A stretch of 49,131 bases of DNA. Origin: a virus (Duplodnaviria > Caudoviricetes). The translations under genes and the position numbers were made by a program. Positions within the stretch are counted from its first letter, which is position 1. The number at the start of each line of letters is the position of its first letter. The stretch is from the IMG/VR virus record IMGVR_UViG_3300020593_000122, positions 1 to 49,131 of that record; one strand, given 5' to 3'. The notes below the pieces were generated by a model. The model saw nothing but the letters and a program-made list of their open reading frames with translations, had not been told where the DNA came from and ran no database searches. Shown piece by piece: positions 19,061 to 28,957 of this stretch.

Positions 19061-19480
19061 TCAATGACTTAGGGAATCTTCATCAGTCTGGTAGGTGATC
19101 CGATATCGCTTGTTCACCACCTGGCGGCGGAGGTCGCCATTGACGTACTTGGGCTCATCGGTGCCGAACTCGGCAATGCCGACTACATTCGGGCCTGCAT
19201 ACGCCATGATCACTGGGTGAACCTGCTCGAAGACCTGCTCGGCCATGGCCTGGTGTTCGTCGCCAGCCGTGTGCACGAGGACATGGATCTCGCGCGTGCG
19301 GGTGGCGCGCGGCGTGTGAACGCTCTCCACTGATTCCGCGCCCAGCTGAACGGAGATCACCATCGGTTCTTCCCTGCCGATCGCGCGCACAGGGGATGAT
19401 TCAACCACCGCGAGAAACCCTGGCGCGGCCTCTAAATCGGCGCGCAGGTCGTTGACGTACCTCAGTGCTAGAGTGGTCAT
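19061..19480 (-). CDS. Putative tail terminator/completion protein
   Basis: Position between head-tail joining and tube genes; C-terminal YRITYQT. Confidence 0.7.
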   Translation of the reverse strand: MTTLALRYVNDLRADLEAAPGFLAVVESSPVRAIGREEPMVISVQLGAESVESVHTPRATRTREIHVLVHTAGDEHQAMAEQVFEQVHPVIMAYAGPNVVGIAEFGTDEPKYVNGDLRRQVVNKRYRITYQTDEDSLSH

Positions 19481-19782
19481 GAAAGCCGCTCCAGCAGCGC
19501 CCGAGACCAAAAGCCGTCACCGACTGCGATAGGTTTCTGACGCACCCGATATCGAACGCCCCCGATATCCACCTCCTTGTGGTAATCGAGGCTGGGGGCA
19601 TCGGCGGTCGTGTACTCGATCTCGTAGTCGGTCGAGTGCACCATTTCCCCCTCGTCGATTATCTGCGGACGGTCAAATCGCACCATGAAAGAAATGGGGG
19701 GCTCCGTGCCCAGCAGAAGCGCCGGCTGGCGCAAGCCCACCGAGTCGAACGCTTCGTTGAACACGGAGTTGTCCCATTCCAT
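19477..19782 (-). CDS. Head-tail joining protein (FII-like)
   Basis: VDIGGVRYRVRQKP...GDG.W motif; follows the capsid gene. Confidence 0.75.
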   Translation of the reverse strand: MEWDNSVFNEAFDSVGLRQPALLLGTEPPISFMVRFDRPQIIDEGEMVHSTDYEIEYTTADAPSLDYHKEVDIGGVRYRVRQKPIAVGDGFWSRALLERLS

Positions 19783-19786
19783 GGGA

Positions 19787-20788
19787 TCAGGCCCCCATCT
19801 TGAGCTTGATGATGGCCTTCGGCCGCGTGGGCAAGTGCAGCGGGTTGGATTGGCTTTCGATCTCCAGCCCCTTACCGAACGGCAGGGGCTCCACCCGCGT
19901 GTAGTACGGCAGACCATCGGTGTTGACGGTTTCCATGTAGTCGGCCGGCGCGTAGCGCGAGATGAAGAAGTCCGGCACGCCGTCCGGGAACGCGTAGGCC
20001 ACGTCGTCCGCGATGAACGGATTGCCACCCAGCTTGCCGCGGTAGCGCTCGTACGTAACACCGCCGATCTCGAAGGAGTCCGCAGGCTTCCCGCGCAGCT
20101 CGGCCGCCTGCGCCGTGTTCAGGTAGGTCTCGCGCACGCTCTTGTGGTTGATCAGCGCCTTCCAGAAATTCTTGCCGCACAGCGCGCGAACGCCGCTCGC
20201 AGGTGTCGCTCCCAGCGCGTCTTCGACCAGGTCGACGACATCGTCGGACTTCTGCCGAACGATCGTGCTGGTGTTCGACAGGTCCATAGCGAACTCCTGC
20301 TGCACGATGCCAAACTCGTGATAGACATCCAGCAGCACCGTGGTGCCATCGGCGTCCAGGATCTGGCCCTTGATGGCGCCGACACGCTGATACTCGTGCG
20401 TGAGGTCGAGCTGCTGACGATGCTTCTTCTGATACTTGGCGACTCGCGCCTCCGCCGATTCGAGCTCGGTCATGGTGCCGAAAGCTCGGATGCCTTGGAT
20501 CTCGTCAGCCAGCATCGTGGACCGCTGCGGCAGGTGGACGGTATTGAAGGGGATCAACTTGCGGCCGGCCAGCGCGACCGATTGCCCGACGCCCCCGCGC
20601 GGCTTGGCCGAGACCAGGCCCAGGGACTGGCCGTCGTACTCGATCTGGGCGACGGTCGTGGAAATGCCTTCTTCGGAGTACAGGCCCAGCTTGGCGATGC
20701 GGCCGGGAATGCTCTCCAGTTCATTGATGGCGGCGGTCAAGGCGGAAACGGTGAATTTCTCGTCTTGGAAGATATTGATATCGGCCAT
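19787..20788 (-). CDS. E: Major capsid protein E
   Basis: LADEIQGIRAFG, GAIKGQILDADG, APADYMETVNT.GLPYY and QSNPLHLPTRP motifs. Confidence 0.95.
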   Translation of the reverse strand: MADINIFQDEKFTVSALTAAINELESIPGRIAKLGLYSEEGISTTVAQIEYDGQSLGLVSAKPRGGVGQSVALAGRKLIPFNTVHLPQRSTMLADEIQGIRAFGTMTELESAEARVAKYQKKHRQQLDLTHEYQRVGAIKGQILDADGTTVLLDVYHEFGIVQQEFAMDLSNTSTIVRQKSDDVVDLVEDALGATPASGVRALCGKNFWKALINHKSVRETYLNTAQAAELRGKPADSFEIGGVTYERYRGKLGGNPFIADDVAYAFPDGVPDFFISRYAPADYMETVNTDGLPYYTRVEPLPFGKGLEIESQSNPLHLPTRPKAIIKLKMGA

Positions 20789-20800
20789 ATCAGGCTCCAG

Positions 20801-20829
20801 AAATAGAAATGGCCGCCAGGTTGGCGGCC
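20801..20829 (-). terminator. Hairpin/attenuator between D and E
   Basis: GGCCGCCA/TGGCGGCC stem followed by ATTTCTATTT on the minus strand. Confidence 0.45.
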
Positions 20830-20865
20830 GCGATAGTTGGGGAGGTGTCTACAGCTTGTGGAGGC

Positions 20866-21216
20866 TCAGCGGATGAGGATGCCGACGGCCCCGAGCGTGG
20901 CTTCGCCCGCCGCATCCAGGCCGACCAAGAGGCCGCGCGCCAGCTCAGCATCACGGGCGATCACCACGACCTGCTGGTCGGCGTCGGAGACCGGCACGTT
21001 GCTGTAAAGCACAGCATCGGCGGAAATCGGCGCTTCGGGGTCCGCCCCCGGGCCCGCATACGGGACGTACTTGCCGTCCGCGCCCAGAGTGAGCAGCTGC
21101 CCGGCCGCCAATGCGACCGTCGTGGCCGCCAGGATCCCGTTTTCGCGGGAGCGCTGGCCATTGGCTTCGGAGAGGATGAAATCGGCCGTGCGGGCCTGCT
21201 GATGAATGAAGGGCAT
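20866..21216 (-). CDS. Head decoration protein D
   Basis: FILSEANGQRSRE motif, L.A.GILIR C-terminus. Confidence 0.88.
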   Translation of the reverse strand: MPFIHQQARTADFILSEANGQRSRENGILAATTVALAAGQLLTLGADGKYVPYAGPGADPEAPISADAVLYSNVPVSDADQQVVVIARDAELARGLLVGLDAAGEATLGAVGILIR

Positions 21217-21227
21217 GATATTGACTC

Positions 21228-22352
21228 CTAGTTGGCAGAGAGGGCTTTTCGTTTGGCGTAGATAGCCTGGGGATTCGGCCCGCTCTGCGTCGGGGCCGAG
21301 GAAGTAACGGGAGCACGGTTGTTAATGGGATCGTTGGCGCTGGCGGCCACGACCTGGTCGAAGAGCCGGGCCCGCACTCGATCCACGGACAGGCCGGCCT
21401 TGACCAGCTCAAGCGCCATATCCGGCCGCTTGGCGGCCATGCAGAGCCCCGCAATCTCTTTGGCCTGCGCGACCCTCGAATCAGCGCTCTCTTGGCTGTC
21501 GAGCGCGCCGCTGACCAGAAGGCCTTCGGCCAGCTCCGGGATTCCTTCTTTCCGGCAGGCGGCGTAGACGTGCGCCACCAGCGCGGCAGCGGTCGGCGGC
21601 TCAGGCGCCGGCGCGGGGTCAGGACTCGGCGCCGGATCAGGAGCGGGATCCGAGGCCGGCTCCTTCGCTGGATCCGGGTTGGGCGTCCGCTCCGGATCCT
21701 TCGCAGGCTCATCATCGCCTTCCACCAGGCTTTGCAGCGGCTCCGGGATGTGTGGGTAGCGAGACAGGAGCTCTCGGGTACTGAGGGACATTGCAATTTC
21801 GACCGGATCCTCGATCACGTCGCAGAAACCCATGGCCTGGGCCTCGAGCGCCGACATCCACGTGGTGGCCTCCATCATTTCGAAGATCTTCTCGGTCGTT
21901 TGCCCGCTCCGGCGCACGTAGGCCGCGATAACGCTATCGAGGATGTTCTCCATCTGCGCTACCGAAGCCTTCAACCCTTTCAGCGTTCCCCGAGCGATCG
22001 TCGTGGGTTCGTGGATCATGATCTGTGCGTTCTCGGGCATTTCGATCGTGTCGCACGCGATCAACGGCAGGGTCGCTGCCGAGGCGGCCACACTGTCGAC
22101 GCGGCCGACGGTTCGCCCGCTGTAGCGGCGCAACGCGTTGTACATGGCGAAAGCGTCATACACGCTTCCACCGCCGCTATTGATTGCAACGACGATCGTC
22201 AGGCCGGTAGCTGCCGCGGCGTCCAGCTCTTCCACGAACTGTGCCGCAGTCTTTCCCCAGAAACCGATCTCGTCATAGATTCGCAGCTCCACGACCTGCT
22301 GGCCCAGCCGCATACCCGGCCCGATGGAATAGAAGTTCCCTTTCTTAGCCAT
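21228..22352 (-). CDS. ClpP-type prohead protease with C-terminal scaffold
   Basis: IYDEIG.WG, INSGGGSV, AASAA (Ser) and MIHEP (His) motifs; Pro/Asp-rich linker. Confidence 0.92.
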   Translation of the reverse strand: MAKKGNFYSIGPGMRLGQQVVELRIYDEIGFWGKTAAQFVEELDAAAATGLTIVVAINSGGGSVYDAFAMYNALRRYSGRTVGRVDSVAASAATLPLIACDTIEMPENAQIMIHEPTTIARGTLKGLKASVAQMENILDSVIAAYVRRSGQTTEKIFEMMEATTWMSALEAQAMGFCDVIEDPVEIAMSLSTRELLSRYPHIPEPLQSLVEGDDEPAKDPERTPNPDPAKEPASDPAPDPAPSPDPAPAPEPPTAAALVAHVYAACRKEGIPELAEGLLVSGALDSQESADSRVAQAKEIAGLCMAAKRPDMALELVKAGLSVDRVRARLFDQVVAASANDPINNRAPVTSSAPTQSGPNPQAIYAKRKALSAN

Positions 22353-22363
22353 GTTGGCTCCGT

Positions 22364-23884
22364 TCAATGAGTGAGTGGTTCCGGAGCGGGGTCTCCCTCC
22401 GGTGCGGCCGCCTTGCCGGCGGGGGTGGTCTGCCGCGGATCGCTGTCGAAAACAAAGCCGCTCGTATCGGCAACCTCGTTATCAGCCTGGATCTCCGCCG
22501 CCACATGGTCCGGGTCATCCCCCTTCTTGAGGATGATCGAAGACCGACTGGCGAAGCCGCTGCGGACAGACTGGTTGTCTGCTTGCACGTCTTGGACAGG
22601 GTTGAAGTACGGCCAGCCTTGGGGCACCCACAACACGCGCAGCCATTCATGCCGACGAAGGTGGTAGTCAGGCATCGGGAATGTTCCCGAGAGCGCCAGC
22701 GCGTCAATCCATGCATTCCAAACCGGACGGCAGAACTGGTGAATGACGACGTGCCACTGGTATTGCTCAATAAGCCGATGAAACTCGTTGACCACTACCC
22801 GCAGTGTCCGATCGCTGATGCCTCGCAGATCGCCGGAAGCGATCTCATACGGGACACCGATGGAGGCGAACGCGGCCATCAACTGGTGACGCATGAAAGC
22901 GTCATAGTTGTTGCCCGCATCAGGAGGCGTCGAGAACTGGACCTGTTCTCCCGGTGCCAGCTCCTGCATGGTTCCGGGTTCCATCGATACGATCGGGGTC
23001 CCGTCATAATCGACCTCGAAATCTTCGGCGTCCCCTGTCAGGGGATTATTCGGATCGCATTCCGGATCCGGCTTCGTGATAAACCCCGCGAACAAGTTCG
23101 CAACTTCTTGACGGTACATGACCGCGTCGTCGAGGCTATCTATCGAGCGTAGCCGCAGGAGAACGGTGGCCAGCGCCGTCACGCCCCGAACTTGCCCAGG
23201 CCGCAGCACCGGAAAGGCATGAATGACCTGGTCCGCCGGAACGCGGGTGATATCCTGGCCGTGTGCCTGGCGACCGAACTCGCCAGGATGCCTGCGCCAA
23301 AGGTGGTAATGCGTCCGGCGCCCGATGGCATCGAACTCGACACCATTGACAACCTCGCCACCGTTGGGCAGTGCAAATGAGCGCTCCGTGGGCAACTGAT
23401 CCCCCTCCAGCTGCTGGATTTGGATGGGGACAGACAAGCCATCTGTCGGCCGGCGCATGCGCACGCGAGCAAGGGTTTCCCCATCGCCAAAGATCGCGCG
23501 AACGGCGAGCGCCTGCATGCCGTAGAAGTCCAGGCGGCCGTCCGCATCCGCCTCGGGCACCCAATCGGCCCACCGCTCCTTCAGGGCACGACGCACTTCG
23601 GGGTCCGGATGTTTTGGATACGGCTGTATGCCGGTCCCGATGACGTTCGAAACCCAGCGAGTCTGTGCCGTCAGCGCCCATGGATCGTTGCGGATTGCGT
23701 CACGCGCCCGACGACGCTGCAGCCCCAAGCCCTGGACTGCCGAAGCATTCGGACCAGACGCCGAAGGCATCCAGTTTCTTGCCCGGCTTCCCGTGGCGCT
23801 GCCGCTTTCATAGCTGCTGCTCATCTGCGCGTTCAAGCGGCGCGGAAGCAGCATGCCCGTGCGTCGATTCTTGACGTAGCTCAT
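22364..23884 (-). CDS. Portal protein, lambda family
   Basis: RARDAIRND, NVIGTGI, GRLDFYGMQ, GVEFDAIGRR and RPGQVRG motifs. Confidence 0.95.
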   Translation of the reverse strand: MSYVKNRRTGMLLPRRLNAQMSSSYESGSATGSRARNWMPSASGPNASAVQGLGLQRRRARDAIRNDPWALTAQTRWVSNVIGTGIQPYPKHPDPEVRRALKERWADWVPEADADGRLDFYGMQALAVRAIFGDGETLARVRMRRPTDGLSVPIQIQQLEGDQLPTERSFALPNGGEVVNGVEFDAIGRRTHYHLWRRHPGEFGRQAHGQDITRVPADQVIHAFPVLRPGQVRGVTALATVLLRLRSIDSLDDAVMYRQEVANLFAGFITKPDPECDPNNPLTGDAEDFEVDYDGTPIVSMEPGTMQELAPGEQVQFSTPPDAGNNYDAFMRHQLMAAFASIGVPYEIASGDLRGISDRTLRVVVNEFHRLIEQYQWHVVIHQFCRPVWNAWIDALALSGTFPMPDYHLRRHEWLRVLWVPQGWPYFNPVQDVQADNQSVRSGFASRSSIILKKGDDPDHVAAEIQADNEVADTSGFVFDSDPRQTTPAGKAAAPEGDPAPEPLTH

Positions 23885-24087
23885 CGGATTCCTTTTCCGG
23901 CGCTGCGCACACGGAACTGACGCGGCCGGCCCTTGCCTTTGCACAGCTCGCGCTCTACGTGCGCGCGTGCTCGCATCAGCTCGTCCGTGCTGCGGAAACG
24001 AACTCGCTTGCCGTCGTACTGAACCTCCAGCTGACTGTTCGCAATGGCGCGATCCAGCTTCTCGAGGTCCGCTTGTGTGTATGCCAT
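23881..24087 (-). CDS. Head-tail joining protein W-like
   Basis: MAYTQADL..LDRAIA...V.YDGKRV.FRS..EL pattern, between terL and portal. Confidence 0.85.
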   Translation of the reverse strand: MAYTQADLEKLDRAIANSQLEVQYDGKRVRFRSTDELMRARAHVERELCKGKGRPRQFRVRSAGKGIR

Positions 24088-24118
24088 GACCTTGCCTTTT
24101 ACGTTCTTGCTCGGCGCG

Positions 24119-26197
24119 CTAGCGTCGCCCTCGCAGGTAGCTAGATGCAGCCACGCGCCGCCGCGCGGGTCGGGCGCCTCGTTGCGCGGGCGCGGAGACG
24201 GACTTCACTGGCAACTTCGGTGGCGCCGGCGCCGACTTGCCAGCGCTCTCCGCTGCGCCTGGTGCGCTGGCGTCTTCATCCTGGGGCGGCGGCAATGCGT
24301 CCAGCTTTGCCGCCATGCTGTCCCACCAAAAATCGGTCTTGCGCGATAGATTCAGATGCTCCGCCACCCACAGCGCGTAGACCGCACAGTCCAATGCTTC
24401 GACCCGCTTCCGCAATGCGGTCCACAGCGTGCGGACTCCGGTGGCCGTTCTGCGCGATACGCGCGCCTCGCCCGAAAACTGTCGGAACCATTCGTCCGAC
24501 AAGTCCTCGGAGAGGTGGACATAGCCAGGCCCCGGCGTCTCGATCGCTAGCCGGCTGTGCAACAGGTCCTTGGCCAGGTTCGTGCCCACGTGCCACAGGA
24601 TCACGCCCTTTTTGATGCGCTTTCCTCGCCAGTCGATATCGACCTGTCCGGCACCATCCTTGATGGCCTTCTCGCCGAAAGGGCGCCCGCGGACGGCAAA
24701 GACCCGGCGTGCCTTGTTGCGACGCGCGAAGTCATACACAGCATTCGAATGGTGTCCCCCGCTGTCGATGGCGGTCGCATAGATGCTCATCTGCTGGCCG
24801 CCCTCATGCTGGAAACGTCGCTCGAACAGGTACGCCGCTACGTTGGACCAGACGTCATCCTCCGCTGGATTGCCGTGGAAGATCTGATGGTCCACGGTCC
24901 ACATCTCGCCACCGCGTCCAAACCCCCAGACTCCGACCTCGACCCGATTCCCCTGGGTATCGCATCCAGCGAGCAGCAGAACACAGCCCATCGGCACCAG
25001 GTTGTCGTCGCGCCCCGGTAGGCGATAAGCCTCGATCTCCGCGCGCCGCTTGAGTTCGTCGGCCTCGATCTTCTCGACCTCCCCTTCCCAGGCGCGGCCG
25101 AGAGTCGTATTCCAGAATGTCTTGAGGGGCTCGTCGTCGCCAAGCTTGGCCTTGGCGTACGCTTCCATGAACTCTCGCACCAGCTTGGCCCAACTGACCA
25201 TAGGGCTATAGGCCGTCCACACATGGAACGCGACTCGCTTGTGTGCAGGGATGATCCGTCCTTCGGCGTTGCGAAACACCCCGTCTCGGTCAATCGTGCT
25301 GCCGTCAGAACCCTGCCAAAAGCCACTTTCGGATGCGGCGAGGTACTCGCCCTGCGTGATCAGCACCCCGCAGTGGGGACACAAATGCTTCACGGACTCC
25401 GGATCGCCCTCGATCCATTTGAAGCCGTGAGGCTCGTCCTTGCCACCCCAGGTCAGCGCGTGGTGCTCGCCACAATGCGGGCACGTGATGTGGTAGTCAT
25501 AGCGCGCGTCGGCGCCGGCTGCGCGCTTATCCATCAGGCAAGTCTCTTTCAGCTTTGGCGTCGACCCGATCACCAGCTTCGGAAACGTCGCGCCCTCCAG
25601 CCGCTTCGCGGCCAATTGGCCCGGATCGCCTTCGCCATCGATGTTCGAATCGAAGGAGCTGAATTCGTCCAAGAAGGCGACACCGATGGAAAGCCGTCGG
25701 TAGTTGTCGCCGGACTTCCCGCCGCGCAGGTGTAAGACGCTTCCTCGGAACTTCTTGACCAGCAGGGTGTTGTCTTTGTGCCGCGCCAGGCGAGTCGGGA
25801 AGATCGGGTGCATCACCGTCACGTCCCGGAGCATCGGCTCCAGCTCGGTCTTTACAAACTCATCCCTGGCACTGTCTGTCGGTTGCCACAGCGCCTGGTT
25901 GCGGCGCTTGTGTTCGGCAAAGTATCCGATGGCCGCGAGCAGGATCTTTGTGTAACCCACGCGCGCGGACTTGATGACATCCACCTCCTGGACATCGTCG
26001 CTTCCGACGCACGCCAGGATCGCACGCTGGAACGGCCAGGCTTCCCAGCGCTGCTCGACGTAGGACGACTCGGCCGACAGGTAGAAATGCCGCTCCGCCC
26101 ATTCGCGCAGCGTCATTGGCTCTTGCGCGGCGAAGGTGGCGAGCCCGCGTCTCAGCGCGCGCGACACCGCGGCGCGATTGGACTCTACGAGCATCAC
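24119..26197 (-). CDS. terL: Terminase large subunit (gpA family)
   Basis: KSARVGYTK Walker A, FLDE Walker B, two CPHCG motifs, IDSGG nuclease motif. Confidence 0.96.
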   Translation of the reverse strand: MMLVESNRAAVSRALRRGLATFAAQEPMTLREWAERHFYLSAESSYVEQRWEAWPFQRAILACVGSDDVQEVDVIKSARVGYTKILLAAIGYFAEHKRRNQALWQPTDSARDEFVKTELEPMLRDVTVMHPIFPTRLARHKDNTLLVKKFRGSVLHLRGGKSGDNYRRLSIGVAFLDEFSSFDSNIDGEGDPGQLAAKRLEGATFPKLVIGSTPKLKETCLMDKRAAGADARYDYHITCPHCGEHHALTWGGKDEPHGFKWIEGDPESVKHLCPHCGVLITQGEYLAASESGFWQGSDGSTIDRDGVFRNAEGRIIPAHKRVAFHVWTAYSPMVSWAKLVREFMEAYAKAKLGDDEPLKTFWNTTLGRAWEGEVEKIEADELKRRAEIEAYRLPGRDDNLVPMGCVLLLAGCDTQGNRVEVGVWGFGRGGEMWTVDHQIFHGNPAEDDVWSNVAAYLFERRFQHEGGQQMSIYATAIDSGGHHSNAVYDFARRNKARRVFAVRGRPFGEKAIKDGAGQVDIDWRGKRIKKGVILWHVGTNLAKDLLHSRLAIETPGPGYVHLSEDLSDEWFRQFSGEARVSRRTATGVRTLWTALRKRVEALDCAVYALWVAEHLNLSRKTDFWWDSMAAKLDALPPPQDEDASAPGAAESAGKSAPAPPKLPVKSVSAPAQRGARPARRRVAASSYLRGRR

Positions 26198-26691
26198 TCA
26201 CCCTCGTTCTCTTCGTCGGCCTCCAAGTCTTCCAGCGACAGGGATGCAATAGCGTTGCGGGCTTTGGCCAGCTCGCGTCGCACGATCATCAGATCGGCAT
26301 CAGTCAAATTGGGTAGGCGACGCTTGAGGGCCGTCGGAATCGCATCCAGGGCCGCGCCAACCTTTGTGCCCGCCTTGGTGAGCACATCCTCGAGCACGCC
26401 GACTGGCGCGAGCTCACCGCGCGCCACCGCGTTCTCCATCTCGATCTTGTCAGCCTGCGCCGCATACAGGCGAGCCTTCTCCTCAGCAGGGTCCAGAGCG
26501 CGTTCGTCTGACCGGGGCTCACGGCCCGCTGCGATATCTCTCAGGTGGCCGCAGTAGGACAGCAGCCAGTTGCCGAGCGTATCCCCGGCCATCATGACGC
26601 CGCGCATCAGCAGCCCACTGACGGCGGGCTGGGTAATACCGACCAGTTGCCCAAATCGGGCCTGCGTCGTCTTCTTGTCCAGGTCGATCAT
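26194..26691 (-). CDS. terS: Terminase small subunit (Nu1-like)
   Basis: N-terminal HTH (TQARFGQLVGITQPAVS), EKARLYAAQADKIEMENA..RGEL coiled coil. Confidence 0.9.
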   Translation of the reverse strand: MIDLDKKTTQARFGQLVGITQPAVSGLLMRGVMMAGDTLGNWLLSYCGHLRDIAAGREPRSDERALDPAEEKARLYAAQADKIEMENAVARGELAPVGVLEDVLTKAGTKVGAALDAIPTALKRRLPNLTDADLMIVRRELAKARNAIASLSLEDLEADEENEGE

Positions 26692-27476
26692 TTCGCGGTG
26701 GCGAGTGCGAGATCGAGGGCCGTCGAGAACTCCGCGTCGTATCGCTCGGTGTAGACGGCCTCCGCCGTCTCGTAGAACGGGAAACGGCGCGTGTACTCGG
26801 GTCGTTCGATGGCAAGCAAGACCGGCTGCACATCAACGCCATGCGTTCCCGTCTTGCGCCATACGCCAGCGGCCAGCGGCTGACGGCGATTGCCGGCCAT
26901 TGTCCCCTTGCCGCGCGAGACGAAATACTGGACGCCATTGATTCGCTTATAGCCTTGCTGCGAACGCCCGATCTTGGCCGCTCGCGCCCGGCTGCGCTCA
27001 GTAGAGTTCGCCCGATATCCCTGCTCACCGAACGCCTGCAGATACGACAGCAACCGCACGATCTGGCCGCGCGACATGTTGCCGTAAGCGTCCAGTTCGG
27101 CCCCTGCAGCTGGCACGGTGTACGCCTGCGCCGGCAATCCAACCCGGGCGAGGGCCCGCTCGGACCGCTTGAGACCGCGGCCACCGCCAAGCACGTTCGG
27201 CGGCAGATACTTGTCGGCGGAGATCCCCTTGCCTGCCCCATCGCGGTAGTCGACAACAGCAACCAAGTTTTCCTTGGTGGCGCGGCGCAACCGTAGGGCA
27301 CGGAGCGTGTAGGGGGTCGGCCGATCAAAGCTCTCGCTCGTCGTGCGCACCAGCGCCTCGAGGATGAGCTGCCCCGTCCGATTCAACGCCAATGATGTTG
27401 CGTAGGGCAATTGACGCTGCGCCTGGGCGTAGAAATCCACGCCCTCGCCGACCGTCGAGCGATGGCGTAGCTTCAT
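26688..27476 (-). CDS. Phage virion morphogenesis protein, gpZ-like (262 aa)
   Basis: QLPYATSLALNRT...FDRPTPYT and LDAYGNMSRGQI motifs; highly basic. Confidence 0.7.
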   Translation of the reverse strand: MKLRHRSTVGEGVDFYAQAQRQLPYATSLALNRTGQLILEALVRTTSESFDRPTPYTLRALRLRRATKENLVAVVDYRDGAGKGISADKYLPPNVLGGGRGLKRSERALARVGLPAQAYTVPAAGAELDAYGNMSRGQIVRLLSYLQAFGEQGYRANSTERSRARAAKIGRSQQGYKRINGVQYFVSRGKGTMAGNRRQPLAAGVWRKTGTHGVDVQPVLLAIERPEYTRRFPFYETAEAVYTERYDAEFSTALDLALATAK

Positions 27477-27675
27477 ATAACCCCCTGATATAACCCTCCC
27501 GCCCAGGGAGAAACATGCCGATTCGTTGCGACAATCGGCTGGAGAGCCGCATAAAACCTGGATTTGGGCGAGAAATTATTATTACCCCCCCTTAGAAACC
27601 CCGTAACTAGCGAGCGTTTGGGGTTCGAATTACCCTTACCGCACTGAAATCCCTAGGGGCCCCCGGGTTTTCCCG
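27475..27675. other. Candidate cos/packaging region
   Basis: Non-coding gap upstream of the packaging genes; ATATAACCC direct repeats (27475, 27488), quasi-palindrome GGGTTCGAATTACCC, palindrome CCCTAGGG; gpA-type terminase implies cos. Confidence 0.4.
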
Positions 27676-27783
27676 AGAGTCGGCCCCAATTTCGCCCGCG
27701 CCGCACGCCCGCGCCCCCCCGCGCATGGCCGCCGGACCGCCGCAGGCATCGCCGGCCGGTTTGCCCACCTTCACGCGATAACA

Positions 27784-27824
27784 CAACATTTATGTTGCCT
27801 TACGAAACACAACTGTTGTATAAT
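27784..27824 (+). promoter_or_regulatory. hicAB sigma70 promoter with palindromic operators
   Basis: TTGCCT (27795) -18 bp- TATAAT (27819), overlapped by CAACA-TTTA-TGTTG and ACAAC-T-GTTGT. Confidence 0.7.
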
Positions 27825-27852
27825 TCCTTATCGAAACAACGCAGGGGAGGTA

Positions 27853-28038
27853 ATGAAATACAGCGAGTTCAGGCGGTGGCTGCTGAAACAGGGGGTGACG
27901 CTAGCGCCCCACAAGTCAGGAAGCAGCCACTTCAAAGCAACCCTAGGTGATCGAATGACAGTGTTCCCAGACCATGGCAGTAAAGAAATCGGTACAGGAC
28001 TGGTGAACAAGATCAAGAAAGACCTGGGCCTGAAGTGA
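27853..28038 (+). CDS. hicA: HicA family toxin (mRNA interferase)
   Basis: MKYSEFRRWL..QG, GSSH catalytic His, P.HGSKEIG.GLV.KIKKDLGL. Confidence 0.93.
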   Translation: MKYSEFRRWLLKQGVTLAPHKSGSSHFKATLGDRMTVFPDHGSKEIGTGLVNKIKKDLGLK

Positions 28039-28107
28039 ACCGAGGTGGCCCGAAAGGGCCGCCTCTTACCGCTGTATCACTACCTACCCGCACACTGAGG
28101 AAACCGC

Positions 28108-28521
28108 ATGTTGACCTACTGCTACACCCTATCGCCCGACGATAACGGGACACTGTTAATCACCTTCCCGGACCTGCCGGAAGCGGCGGCCGTGGCGGAA
28201 AGCGACCAGGACGTGGCGCACAGCGCCTTTGAGGGCCTGGAAGCGGCGCTGCAGATGTACATCGATGCGCGCCGACCGATCCCCATGCCTGCCGCCGTGG
28301 GCGATGGGAGCGTAACACTCGCCGCCCTGCCGACCGCTAAGGTGCTGCTGTCGAACGAAATGGTCGCCCAAGGTATCCGCAAAGCCGAACTGGCGCGCCG
28401 CCTGGGCGTTCACATGCCCCAGGTAGACCGCCTGCTGGACTTGGCGCACGCATCCAAGATCGAAGCGGTAGAGGCCGCTGTCCAGCAACTGGGGCGGCGC
28501 CTGGAGGTTTCGGTGGCGTAG
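28108..28521 (+). CDS. hicB: HicB family antitoxin with C-terminal HTH
   Basis: LITFPDLPEA N-terminus, IP.P motif, KAELARRLG...PQVDRLLDL.H. Confidence 0.93.
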   Translation: MLTYCYTLSPDDNGTLLITFPDLPEAAAVAESDQDVAHSAFEGLEAALQMYIDARRPIPMPAAVGDGSVTLAALPTAKVLLSNEMVAQGIRKAELARRLGVHMPQVDRLLDLAHASKIEAVEAAVQQLGRRLEVSVA

Positions 28522-28523
28522 CG

Positions 28524-28727
28524 TCAACCGATGGTGCGCGCCTGATCTGCCAGCGCATCGGAGAGACAATTTGCCTGGGCCGCCACCGCGTCGATGCGAG
28601 CCGACACGGCGACGCGCTCCGCGCGGCGCTCGGCGTCCGCAAATTGCAGCGCCTGCACTCGACCCTCCAACGGCTTCAGTACCGGCGCAAGCAGCCAAGC
28701 GAGCAGCCTGGCGTATAGGTTTTTCAT
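28524..28727 (-). CDS. Hypothetical protein (67 aa)
   Basis: MKNLYARLLAWLLAPVL start, GGAG RBS. Confidence 0.6.
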   Translation of the reverse strand: MKNLYARLLAWLLAPVLKPLEGRVQALQFADAERRAERVAVSARIDAVAAQANCLSDALADQARTIG

Positions 28728-28948
28728 AGCTCCGTCCTTGAATGCTTCCGAGCGGCAGTCTCGCAGCCGCGCGCCCGGGGACTCCAGTACCAACCGTGCC
28801 CATTCACGTAGCGCAGGCCATACATATCGATGTGCTGGCGAGCTTCTTGCCAGGATGCGCCCGGTAGCGGCGTCGCGCCAACGCCCTCGATGGCTGGAGC
28901 CACGACAACGCGCCCGTCTGCGTGTGTGCATCGGTAGAAGCGACTCAT
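28724..28948 (-). CDS. Hypothetical protein (74 aa)
   Basis: MSRFYRCTHADG start; ATGA overlap with the next gene. Confidence 0.55.
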   Translation of the reverse strand: MSRFYRCTHADGRVVVAPAIEGVGATPLPGASWQEARQHIDMYGLRYVNGHGWYWSPRARGCETAARKHSRTEL

Positions 28949-28957
28949 GGCGACCCC

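Noticed and set aside
21590-21710. Short tandem-like repeats (GGATCC/GCCGG-rich)
   Set aside because: They encode the Pro/Asp/Ala linker of the protease-scaffold protein
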